DNA from: a virus
Strand: one strand, 5' to 3'
DNA length: 64,000 nucleotides
IMG/VR virus record: IMGVR_UViG_3300025294_000239
Part shown: positions 1 to 6,801 of the stretch, one piece after another
Layout: each line of letters starts with the position of its first letter
How positions within the stretch are numbered: position 1 is the stretch's first letter
Program-made: the position numbers and the translations under genes
The notes under the pieces: generated by a model
Databases searched by the model: none
Told to the model about the DNA's origin: nothing
The model's input: the letters and a program-made list of their open reading frames with translations, nothing else

Positions 1-326
1 GATTCGGCGGCGTGTTGTATAGCGGCGTCGAGGAACATCTTCCACGCAGTGGCGCCCGTTTCCATGTGGCCGGCCAAGGTGATCGTCATCGCAGCCCAAC
101 GCTTGAAATCCAGGGCCTCAACACCGACAGCGAAGGCGTCAACAAGCGCTGTGGATAATTCGCGGCGCGGCGCGTGGCCGCACACCCACCATTGGTTTGC
201 AACGGCTTCGCGCAGATCAGCGGCCATATCAGCCACCAGCGCCGCACGCACGACCTCGGCAGACTGGCTGCCCACCAGTGCCGTGCCGTCCAAAAGCTTG
301 ATCGGGGGGAGGGAGGGGAGGTTCAT
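1..326 (-). CDS. Hypothetical early-left protein, 5' part (complete copy at 39219..39599)
   Basis: Same sequence as ORF 39219..39599; SD-like GAGG upstream. Confidence 0.6.
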   Translation of the reverse strand, partial: MNLPSLPPIKLLDGTALVGSQSAEVVRAALVADMAADLREAVANQWWVCGHAPRRELSTALVDAFAVGVEALDFKRWAAMTITLAGHMETGATAWKMFLDAAIQHAAE

Positions 327-327
327 T

Positions 328-507
328 TCAAATGTCCTCTTGTTCTTTGCGGTGGTGCCGGCGCGTCTCGCTGCGGTAGACGTGGATAACGGCGATGGTC
401 ATGCCCAGGGCCCAGGACATCAGCAGCGAATAGACTATGACCTCGCACGCCATGCGGATGACAGGGAGTTCGGCAATCAAGGCGGCATAGGCCTGGGCGA
501 TGGTCAT
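328..507 (-). CDS. 59-aa single-TM small protein (MTIAQAYAALIAELP...)
   Basis: GGAG SD 5 nt before ATG at 507; hydrophobic stretch VIVYSLLMSWALGMTIAVIHVY, basic/polar tail. Confidence 0.55.
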   Translation of the reverse strand: MTIAQAYAALIAELPVIRMACEVIVYSLLMSWALGMTIAVIHVYRSETRRHHRKEQEDI

Positions 508-662
508 TTCGGCTCCAGAAACTCGCGCAGCGCCGCATCGGCAGGGCGAGTAGGGGGTAATCGTTGATGCGCTTGGCGCCGGCTCGGATCGCGCGAACCG
601 CTTCCACAGAAAGCGGCTCCAGCGAGCCAACCTCGGCGGCTAGGCGGGCGGTGGCGGGCATG

Positions 663-983
663 TCAGCGCCAGGCGCGGATGAAAATGGCAGCGCTGATGA
701 AGCTGATCACCAGCAGAATCGGGAAACCAACGCCGAACGAAGGGAAAGTCATCGCGACAGGCCGCGCAAACAGCACCATGGAAAGCGCAAACCCGAGGCA
801 GCCGTGAACGAAAGACCCGGACCGTTCCAACTCTTGCTTGCGATGCGTGCTGGGGGCTGCTTGCTGCAACAGTGACCAGCGGTTGCCGCTGGATTTCCAG
901 ATCGAACCGTCAGGTGATTTCGCCACGCAGTCGTAGTAGTTGGAGCGGGCGCCGTCTTTGGGCATGAAGGAAAGCTTGATCAT
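663..983 (-). CDS. First gene of pL operon; ~106-aa protein with two C-terminal TM segments
   Basis: GGAG SD fits ATG at 983 (ORF track starts at 995); hydrophobic FALSMVLFARPVAM and FGVGFPILLVISFISAAIFI. Confidence 0.65.
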   Translation of the reverse strand: MIKLSFMPKDGARSNYYDCVAKSPDGSIWKSSGNRWSLLQQAAPSTHRKQELERSGSFVHGCLGFALSMVLFARPVAMTFPSFGVGFPILLVISFISAAIFIRAWR

Positions 984-1019
984 CATTTCTCCCATCGGTG
1001 TGCAGGTGTGATGGGATGA

Positions 1020-1048
1020 ATATTAGCCATAGCTAAGGCAACAAGCAA
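1020..1048 (-). promoter_or_regulatory. pL-like sigma70 promoter
   Basis: Minus strand TTGCTT (1048-1043), 17 nt, TAATAT (1025-1020); overlapped by two operator copies. Confidence 0.8.
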
Positions 1049-1061
1049 TAGCTATAGCTAA
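1023..1061. promoter_or_regulatory. Left operators (two 14-bp sites)
   Basis: TTAGCCATAGCTAA (1023-1036) and ATAGCTATAGCTAA (1048-1061), each one mismatch from the perfect palindrome TTAGCTATAGCTAA at 2053. Confidence 0.85.
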
Positions 1062-1081
1062 GTTTTTTTGTAACGCGCATG

Positions 1082-1102
1082 AAAAAGCCGCCCGTAGGCG
1101 GC
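1082..1102 (-). terminator. Intrinsic terminator for the cI/142-aa transcript
   Basis: GCCGCC-CGTA-GGCGGC stem with A5 on the left (U-tract on minus strand). Confidence 0.8.
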
Positions 1103-1124
1103 GTAGTGGCGGGCGGTGGCTCGG

Positions 1125-1553
1125 CTAAAACGGCAGCCAGTCAAGCCTGAAGCAGACGTTCATTTTCGAGCGGGTGCCGCTGTGATCGCCTGGTGTTGAG
1201 AGTTCCTGAACAGCATTGCGCCCGCGTTGCACGGCGTCGTTCATCGCCACCGTATACGCAAGATCCTCGCTGTCGACCATGTAAATAAACCGAGGGCGCA
1301 GGTATGCATTCAATTTTTCGAGGTCAGTTGTCGCTGCCCGCACGTCGCGAGCGGCTTCCGCTTTTTTCGCTGCGCTCATAGATGGAGTCTTCTCTGCGAT
1401 CGCGGCGTTGAGATTGGATTGCATAACAACCGTCTGCATGGGGGCTAGGCAGTACGCCGCGCGTATCTCGGTGTCGGTCGGCAATTGTGACGCCGACGCC
1501 ACGAAAGCGTGAAAGATGAACGCAACGGGAACATATCGAAGGTTTCGCCGCAT
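1125..1553 (-). CDS. 142-aa exported protein directly downstream of cI (rex position)
   Basis: Signal-peptide-like N-terminus MRRNLRYVPVAFIFHAFVASA; two Cys; same strand as cI, followed by terminator. Confidence 0.75.
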   Translation of the reverse strand: MRRNLRYVPVAFIFHAFVASASQLPTDTEIRAAYCLAPMQTVVMQSNLNAAIAEKTPSMSAAKKAEAARDVRAATTDLEKLNAYLRPRFIYMVDSEDLAYTVAMNDAVQRGRNAVQELSTPGDHSGTRSKMNVCFRLDWLPF

Positions 1554-1618
1554 TTTGTCACTCAGTGGGCAAAAATTTTCCGGTATCGGGGACCAACGCT
1601 AACCGCACCGCCTGCGTC

Positions 1619-1996
1619 TTAGGCGGCTTTCTCGTCCCCTTCGCTTTTCACAGGCGCTTCACCCAAAAAGGCGTCTACCTGTCGTCTAAGAGCATCTTCG
1701 ATACCTTTCTGTTGCGCTTCCGTGAGTTGCTGGAATCGCTCCCAAGGGACGCTATCGAAGGGCCAAAAGCTTTCCTCTGCCCGCTCCATTTGGCCTCTGC
1801 CATCTGCCAGCCAAGAGTCGCTGACTCCGAGCGCTCTCGCCGCGAGGACAAGGTTTCTACCCTTGAGGTTCTTCGTGCGCCCGTTAATCCAATTGAAAAC
1901 GGACGGGCCGCTGGCGCCTGTGGCGCGCACCAAATCGGCCTGCGACAAATTTGCCGCGGACATCGCAAGTTTAATGCGCTCAGACAACGTATTCAT
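1619..1996 (-). CDS. cI: Phage repressor, XRE/HTH_3 family, without S24 peptidase domain
   Basis: LSERIKLAM..LSQADLVRATGASGPSVFNWING..ARALGVSDSWLADGRG HTH; divergent from cro; only 125 aa. Confidence 0.88.
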   Translation of the reverse strand: MNTLSERIKLAMSAANLSQADLVRATGASGPSVFNWINGRTKNLKGRNLVLAARALGVSDSWLADGRGQMERAEESFWPFDSVPWERFQQLTEAQQKGIEDALRRQVDAFLGEAPVKSEGDEKAA

Positions 1997-2002
1997 CGCG
2001 TC

Positions 2003-2034
2003 ATCCTATTTGCCGAGCTGTTAGCGATGGCTTA
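2003..2034 (-). promoter_or_regulatory. pRM-like promoter with degenerate operator
   Basis: -10 TAGGAT (2008-2003) 6 nt before the cI ATG; poor -35; operator-like TTAGCGATGGCTTA at 2021-2034 (3 mismatches). Confidence 0.55.
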
Positions 2035-2040
2035 TTCCGC

Positions 2041-2069
2041 TTGCGGTTTAGGTTAGCTATAGCTAAGAT
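2041..2069 (+). promoter_or_regulatory. pR-like promoter with perfect palindromic operator
   Basis: TTGCGG (2041-2046), 17 nt, TAAGAT (2064-2069); TTAGCTATAGCTAA at 2053-2066. Confidence 0.85.
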
Positions 2070-2075
2070 GACGCC

Positions 2076-2285
2076 ATGGATACCTTGCACCCCGACTCCG
2101 CGACCATCGACGCCTTGGGCGGCACTGCCGCCGTTGCGCGCCTGTGTGAATGCAAACAGCCTTCGGTGACGAAGTGGCGAACTACTGGCATACCGCGCGC
2201 GCGGCGTCAGTACCTGGAGCTTCTCCGCCCAGATGTTTTCGGCAAGCCCGTTGCCCCTCCCGCCCAGGAGCCGGCCAATGCGTAG
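2076..2285 (+). CDS. cro: Cro-like repressor
   Basis: IDALGGTAAVARLCECKQPSVTKWRTTGIP..R..YL HTH pattern; divergent from cI. Confidence 0.85.
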   Translation: MDTLHPDSATIDALGGTAAVARLCECKQPSVTKWRTTGIPRARRQYLELLRPDVFGKPVAPPAQEPANA

Positions 2286-2397
2286 GGTCAAAACACCAAT
2301 GCCGTGGAAAGTGCGCAGGTCTCGGCAGCGGAGAGACAACCATATTCCCCTGCTCAAACGTGCCTTGATGAAGGCCCTCGGGCCAAAGGAAAACCCA

Positions 2398-2664
2398 ATG
2401 GAAAAGACCGTGAAATACGGGGAAATCCCGCAATCCGTGCAGGCGCAAATAGTCGCCCGTGCACTGGATGCGGCGTTCTCCGCCTGCCAAATGGGGGCTT
2501 CTACCGAAGCGGCAGCCGACGCCGAACGCGTAGCCCGCGCTGGCGTGGCTGCCTGGCAAATCGCCAATGGCAAAGAGGCCGGCTTCGACGTTGTTGAGAC
2601 TGCCACCGGGCAAGTGAATGTCCGGCCCGGTGGCAGCGCCGTCGACGCTAACGACCGCCTTTGA
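2398..2664 (+). CDS. Hypothetical 88-aa protein (start could be 2278)
   Basis: AAGGA SD before ATG 2398; Ala-rich helical composition. Confidence 0.55.
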   Translation: MEKTVKYGEIPQSVQAQIVARALDAAFSACQMGASTEAAADAERVARAGVAAWQIANGKEAGFDVVETATGQVNVRPGGSAVDANDRL

Positions 2665-2845
2665 TGGCTCGCAATATGTCTGTCCGTATAGCCACCGGAT
2701 CCACCTGCGCTGAAAGCACTGTTTTGCAGTGCGGGCAGCATAGGGTGATGCACCTGAAGGAATCGCCTAAGGGCACGCCGCCCTCGACGGCACCGAAGTG
2801 CAGCCGTTGGACCGCTTTCTTGCAATGCGGGCAAATCCCGTCCAT
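2648..2845 (-). CDS. 65-aa counter-oriented zinc-ribbon protein (CPHC...CPHC)
   Basis: Strong SD ACAGGAGGGG 5 nt before ATG 2845; two CxxC motifs. Confidence 0.75.
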   Translation of the reverse strand: MDGICPHCKKAVQRLHFGAVEGGVPLGDSFRCITLCCPHCKTVLSAQVDPVAIRTDILRAIKGGR

Positions 2846-2913
2846 GAGAACCCCTCCTGTGGGTCGTTTCGGTAGTGGTTGGTCGCCACGCCCGGGGAAT
2901 CCGGGCAGCGCTG

Positions 2914-2943
2914 ATCGTATCCGCAGCGAGGGGGTCTCGCCAA
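2914..2943 (-). promoter_or_regulatory. Candidate promoter for the zinc-ribbon gene
   Basis: TTGGCG (2943-2938), 18 nt, TACGAT (2919-2914). Confidence 0.4.
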
Positions 2944-3025
2944 TCACGTTTCTTTTCCATGCCGCCAGTCTGCGCGGCCCCGCGTGCAGCCGCACGCAAG
3001 CATTTTTTCGCAAGGTTGAATCGCG

Positions 3026-3334
3026 ATGAACGCGCAAGTTGTGCAATTCCCCAGCCTCCGGAAACCGTCGTTTGAACGGCGCTTCCGTGAAGCTTTGACC
3101 GATCCCCGGACGAGGGCGCCGGTACGGGACGCCATTGGCTGGGATGATTCCCAGGTGTCCCGCTTCCTGTCGGGCCAGATGGGCCTGAATATCGAAAAGA
3201 TCGATGCTGCTGTCACCGCGCTCGACCTGCGCGTCGTCACGCGCACCTACCTCGATGCGGTCTGCGAGATTGGCAAGACAGGCATGAACTGTTTCTGCGC
3301 TCGCGAAGGCTTCGGGGATTGCGGATCGCACTGA
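3026..3334 (+). CDS. cII: CII-like transcriptional regulator
   Basis: Position between cro and replication gene; HTH-like VRDAIGWDDSQVSRFLSGQMGLNIEKID; TTGC repeats in its first codons on the minus strand. Confidence 0.6.
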   Translation: MNAQVVQFPSLRKPSFERRFREALTDPRTRAPVRDAIGWDDSQVSRFLSGQMGLNIEKIDAAVTALDLRVVTRTYLDAVCEIGKTGMNCFCAREGFGDCGSH

Positions 3335-3336
3335 CC

Positions 3337-3561
3337 ATGCCCAGCGCGCGCCCCGGCCCCCTCTGCTGGCTCGCCATCGGCTTTTGCGAGCAGGAAGCCT
3401 TCCGGCGGTTCGCCCATGCGCGCACGTCCGACGAGGCGAAAGCCTTCATCTTGAATACCTGCGGCGTCGCGTCGCGCAAGGAACTGGACACGGACCCGAA
3501 CGCGGCCCGGCTGTTCCATGAGCGCGTGCGGCGCCCGTTTGCCTATGGATCGAATGCATGA
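3337..3561 (+). CDS. Hypothetical 74-aa phage protein
   Basis: Coupled ORF; CGVASRKELD..AARLFHERVRRPF motif of small lambdoid proteins; ATGA overlap with next gene. Confidence 0.6.
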   Translation: MPSARPGPLCWLAIGFCEQEAFRRFAHARTSDEAKAFILNTCGVASRKELDTDPNAARLFHERVRRPFAYGSNA

Positions 3562-4418
3562 GCCATCAGGCTGTCGCATGGGCGCTTGAGCAGCCCGTCA
3601 ATCATTCTCCGGCCAAGTTCATCTTGACCGTTATGGCGCATCACGTCGCGGCTCGTCAACGCCCGTTTGTCGCCTTCGCTTCGATCACCGCGCTCTCAAA
3701 ACAAACCGGGCAGGACCGCAAGACGGTCATCGCCAACATCAAACGGCTCACCGATGGCGGCTTCTTGGTGGACACCGGCGAGCGTGCTGGCGTCACTAAA
3801 TCGGTCGTGGTTTTCGAACTCGCGCAGCCCGGAAGCAGTACCGAAATTGGGACTGCTTCCGAGGCTTCAAGCGGTACCAGTTTTGGGACACCTTCCAATG
3901 ACGAAGCAGTACCAGATTTGGGACTGCTAAGCAGTACCAGTTTTGGTACCGCTTCACCCGAAATTGAGGGAAGCAGTACCAGTTTAGGGACTGCTTCGGT
4001 CGAAAGCAGTACCAAATTTGGGACACCTTCGGAAGGGGAAGCAGTACCAGTTTTCCCTACAGAACAGTATTTAAAAGATATAGGTAATACCGTCTTAAAG
4101 AGTAATACCGTGGTGCGCACAGCGAAAACGCCAGCGAATCGCGGTTCGAGGCTGCCGAACGACTGGGTGTTGCCCAAGACCTGGGGCGACGAGGCCATGG
4201 CGATCTGCCCGACGTTCTCCCGTGATCGCATCCGCTCCATCGCCGCCGAATTCCGCGACTACTGGGTCGCCGTGGCAGGGCAGAAGGGCTGCAAGCTCGA
4301 CTGGTCAGCCACTTGGCGCAACTGGGTGCGCAAGGAAGCGAAGGCCGAGGCGAACTCGCGCAGCCGTGGCCGTGGCTACAGCACCGGCGAAGTCGACCAG
4401 TGGGGAATCCCGCGATGA
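3558..4418 (+). CDS. Replication initiator (lambda O-like; N-terminal HTH)
   Basis: N-terminal AKFILTVMA..SITALSKQTGQDRKTVIANIKRL; internal iterons; C-terminal FRDYW...KLDWSATWRNWVRK. Confidence 0.85.
   Translation: MSHQAVAWALEQPVNHSPAKFILTVMAHHVAARQRPFVAFASITALSKQTGQDRKTVIANIKRLTDGGFLVDTGERAGVTKSVVVFELAQPGSSTEIGTASEASSGTSFGTPSNDEAVPDLGLLSSTSFGTASPEIEGSSTSLGTASVESSTKFGTPSEGEAVPVFPTEQYLKDIGNTVLKSNTVVRTAKTPANRGSRLPNDWVLPKTWGDEAMAICPTFSRDRIRSIAAEFRDYWVAVAGQKGCKLDWSATWRNWVRKEAKAEANSRSRGRGYSTGEVDQWGIPR
3832..4110 (+). repeat. Replication origin: seven iteron-like repeats plus AT-rich tract
   Basis: AGC(A/G)GTACC cores at 3834, 3870, 3905, 3930, 3972, 4005, 4040, in ~28-bp units such as GAAGCAGTACC-N6-GGGACTGCTTC; AT-rich ~4058-4110. 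Confidence 0.85.
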
Positions 4419-4750
4419 GAGGCCAGGTCACGCTCACGAAGGCCCGAAAAGCCGGCTGGGATATCCCCGCCGTGTTCGTGATCGACCTGCCGTTTGATGC
4501 GCCGACGCGCACCTTCCTGGATCCCGAAAAGTCCCTCATGTGGGGACCGTTCGCCGAGGTCAACACCGGCCCGAGCGACATGCCGGCCATCCTCGACTTC
4601 CGCTTTGCCGAAGGCTGCCGTGTGCTGGTGTGCGGCCTTGACGAATCCCGCGTGCGTGCCCTGATGCGCCGCATCCGCGACTTCTCCCCCTCCGAAATCA
4701 TCGGGTCCGGCTTCGGATCCATCCTGCGCTGGGCGCCCAAGGAATCATGA
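4415..4750 (+). CDS. Hypothetical 111-aa protein between initiator and helicase
   Basis: ATGA overlaps with both neighbours. Confidence 0.7.
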   Translation: MRGQVTLTKARKAGWDIPAVFVIDLPFDAPTRTFLDPEKSLMWGPFAEVNTGPSDMPAILDFRFAEGCRVLVCGLDESRVRALMRRIRDFSPSEIIGSGFGSILRWAPKES

Positions 4751-5688
4751 ACTCCGTTTTCTCCAACGACGACATCGACTTCGCCGAGTACTACGACGAG
4801 GCCGAACCCATTGCCAAGGTCATTCCGGCCGAGGCCTGGGGCGAAGAGCTGGTCAAGCTGCACAGCAATCCGACGCGGCTGTCCGGCGCCAAACTGCCCT
4901 GGAAATCCACCCAGGAAATCATGCGATTTCGCCCAGGCGAAACCACGCTGTGGGCCGGATACAGCGGCCATGGAAAGAGTCTGGCGCTCGGCAATGCCGT
5001 CCTGGGTTTCACGGCTCAGGGCGAGAAATCCTGCATCGCCTCGTTCGAGATGGCGCCGCTGGCCACGCTCGAACGCATGGAGCGGCAGGCCGCCATGGTG
5101 GCCACGCCTGCGGACGAATTCACGCCCGGGTTCATGGCCTGGTTGCGTGACAAGCTGTGGATCTACAACCACATCGGCCATGCCGACCTGCGCACGCTGT
5201 ACGCCGTCATCCGCTACTGCGGCCGCAAGCTTGGCATCCAGCATTTCGTGGTCGATTCGCTCATGCGCTGCGTGCGTGGTGAGGACGACTACAACGGCCA
5301 GAAGGACTTCGTCATTGCCATGACTGCGCTGGCGAAGGAACTGAACATGCACATCCACATCGTGCACCACATGCGCAAAGGCGAAACCGAGGAAAAGGCG
5401 CCCGGCAAGTCGGACGTCAAGGGCAGCAACTCGATCACCGACAACGTGGACCAGGGCGTGATCGTCTGGCGCAACAAGTTCAAGGAGCAGCGCGTGGAGC
5501 GCGCCCTTTCGGCCGGCGATCCCATCCCGGACGACGTGCATGCGATGCCTGACGCCTTCGTCATCTTCATCAAAAACCGCGTCACCGGCGAGGAAACGCG
5601 GGTGCCGCTGTGGTTCCACCGCGAGAGCATGCAGTTCACAGGAAGCTCCCGCCGCGTGCCGGTCAATTTCCTTGGGAGCCTGGTATGA
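4747..5688 (+). CDS. Replicative helicase, DnaB/T7 gp4-type (no primase domain)
   Basis: Walker A GYSGHGKS, Walker B HFVVDSL, HIHIVHHMRK, DVKGSNSITDNVD. Confidence 0.88.
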   Translation: MNSVFSNDDIDFAEYYDEAEPIAKVIPAEAWGEELVKLHSNPTRLSGAKLPWKSTQEIMRFRPGETTLWAGYSGHGKSLALGNAVLGFTAQGEKSCIASFEMAPLATLERMERQAAMVATPADEFTPGFMAWLRDKLWIYNHIGHADLRTLYAVIRYCGRKLGIQHFVVDSLMRCVRGEDDYNGQKDFVIAMTALAKELNMHIHIVHHMRKGETEEKAPGKSDVKGSNSITDNVDQGVIVWRNKFKEQRVERALSAGDPIPDDVHAMPDAFVIFIKNRVTGEETRVPLWFHRESMQFTGSSRRVPVNFLGSLV

Positions 5689-6275
5689 ACCAAGCCGATA
5701 TCGCACTGGATCCGATGGCCGCCGTCATGGACCCGTTTCCAGTCATCGCCAAGCACTTGGGCCTTGAAGCCGCCCAGTCCGGCCTGTTCGCGCCGGAGCC
5801 CACCGCGGGCGTGAACGTCTGCATTCTGGCCCTGGACCTGGGTACCAAGACCGGTTACGCGGTGCGCAAGCGCGACGGCAAGGTGGTGCACGGCACCATG
5901 TCCTTCGCCCCGCGTGCGAGCTGGAGCGCCGGCCAGCGCTGGCTGCGCTTCCGGTCCTGGCTCGGCGAAGTGCTGGACCTGCACCAGGTGCACAAGATCG
6001 TCGTAGAGCATGTCAGCTTTCACGCTGGGGTGCGTGATGCCCACTGCTACGGCGCCTTCCGCGCGCTGGTGGAAATGGCCGCCGACACCCGCCGCATCGA
6101 GTTGGTGGGCACGAACGTCCAGACCATCAAACGCCACTGGACCGGCAAAGGCGGCGCCGACAAGGCCGCCATGATCGAACAGGCCCGCATTCGCGGCTTC
6201 CGTCCCGAGACAGATAACGACGCCGATGCCTTGGCCATCCTGGACTGGGCCGTCGCACAGGAGCGCAAATCATGA
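5685..6275 (+). CDS. RuvC-like Holliday junction resolvase
   Basis: ILALDLG, IVVE, IKRHWTGKGGADKAAM, DNDADALAI acidic motifs. Confidence 0.85.
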   Translation: MNQADIALDPMAAVMDPFPVIAKHLGLEAAQSGLFAPEPTAGVNVCILALDLGTKTGYAVRKRDGKVVHGTMSFAPRASWSAGQRWLRFRSWLGEVLDLHQVHKIVVEHVSFHAGVRDAHCYGAFRALVEMAADTRRIELVGTNVQTIKRHWTGKGGADKAAMIEQARIRGFRPETDNDADALAILDWAVAQERKS

Positions 6276-6763
6276 CCATTGCTAAAGCTGAACGCGAAGA
6301 AATCATCGCCATGCGCAAGCAGGGCAAGACCATCGAATCCATCGCGGAGCTGACCCAGCATCAGACATCGACCATTCGCAAGATCTGCTCCGTCGCCATG
6401 CCGAGTTCCGATGGGAAACCGCCGCGCCTGTATCCGGCCGATGGGCGCTGGGTGTGTGAAGGCCAGGGCAGCACAGCCACCGGCCGAACCAAGGAGCATG
6501 CGTTCACGCGCTGGGAAGTGGCGCGCAAGCAAGCTGATGCGGCGAAGGAGCGCCACGCCATCAAGGTGGCAGCAGCCGAGGCTAAGCGTCGCGCCGAGGC
6601 CGCCGCCAAGACACGCATTGCCCCGCCTCGCACCGCGCAACCCTGGCGCGACCTTGTCATTCCGGTGTTCGTTAAACGCCAGCACGATCGCGCAGCAGCG
6701 GTGCAGCCGCCGATGAAATCCATGGCGAGCACGGTTCACGGGATATGGGTTACCGAGCTGTGA
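6272..6763 (+). CDS. Hypothetical protein with N-terminal HTH
   Basis: EEIIAMRKQGKTIESIAELTQHQTSTIRKI. Confidence 0.6.
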   Translation: MTIAKAEREEIIAMRKQGKTIESIAELTQHQTSTIRKICSVAMPSSDGKPPRLYPADGRWVCEGQGSTATGRTKEHAFTRWEVARKQADAAKERHAIKVAAAEAKRRAEAAAKTRIAPPRTAQPWRDLVIPVFVKRQHDRAAAVQPPMKSMASTVHGIWVTEL

Positions 6764-6801
6764 CGATTCCGCACACCTACGCGAAATTCAGGGAGAACCC
6801 T

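Noticed and set aside
323-661. 112-aa ORF starting right after the first pL gene
   Set aside because: No SD, Arg/Pro-rich shadow-like C-half, and it overlaps the better supported 59-aa ORF; its 5' part may be real but I cannot support it
2982-3008. GCGTGC-AGCC-GCACGC hairpin as tR1 terminator before cII
   Set aside because: The T-run is separated from the stem by 5 nt; plausible but too weak to list as a feature
3832-4054. Repeat array as a possible CRISPR or mini-array
   Set aside because: Spacers are only 0-14 nt and irregular, the repeats are in a coding gene next to an AT-rich tract, and there are no cas genes; iterons explain it
4057-5706. 549-aa minus-strand ORF, and similar long antisense ORFs (10081..11589, 13268..14779, 36691..38124, 21859..22926)
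   Set aside because: They shadow well-supported genes on the opposite strand; expected from GC-rich codon bias; no SD or recognisable motifs
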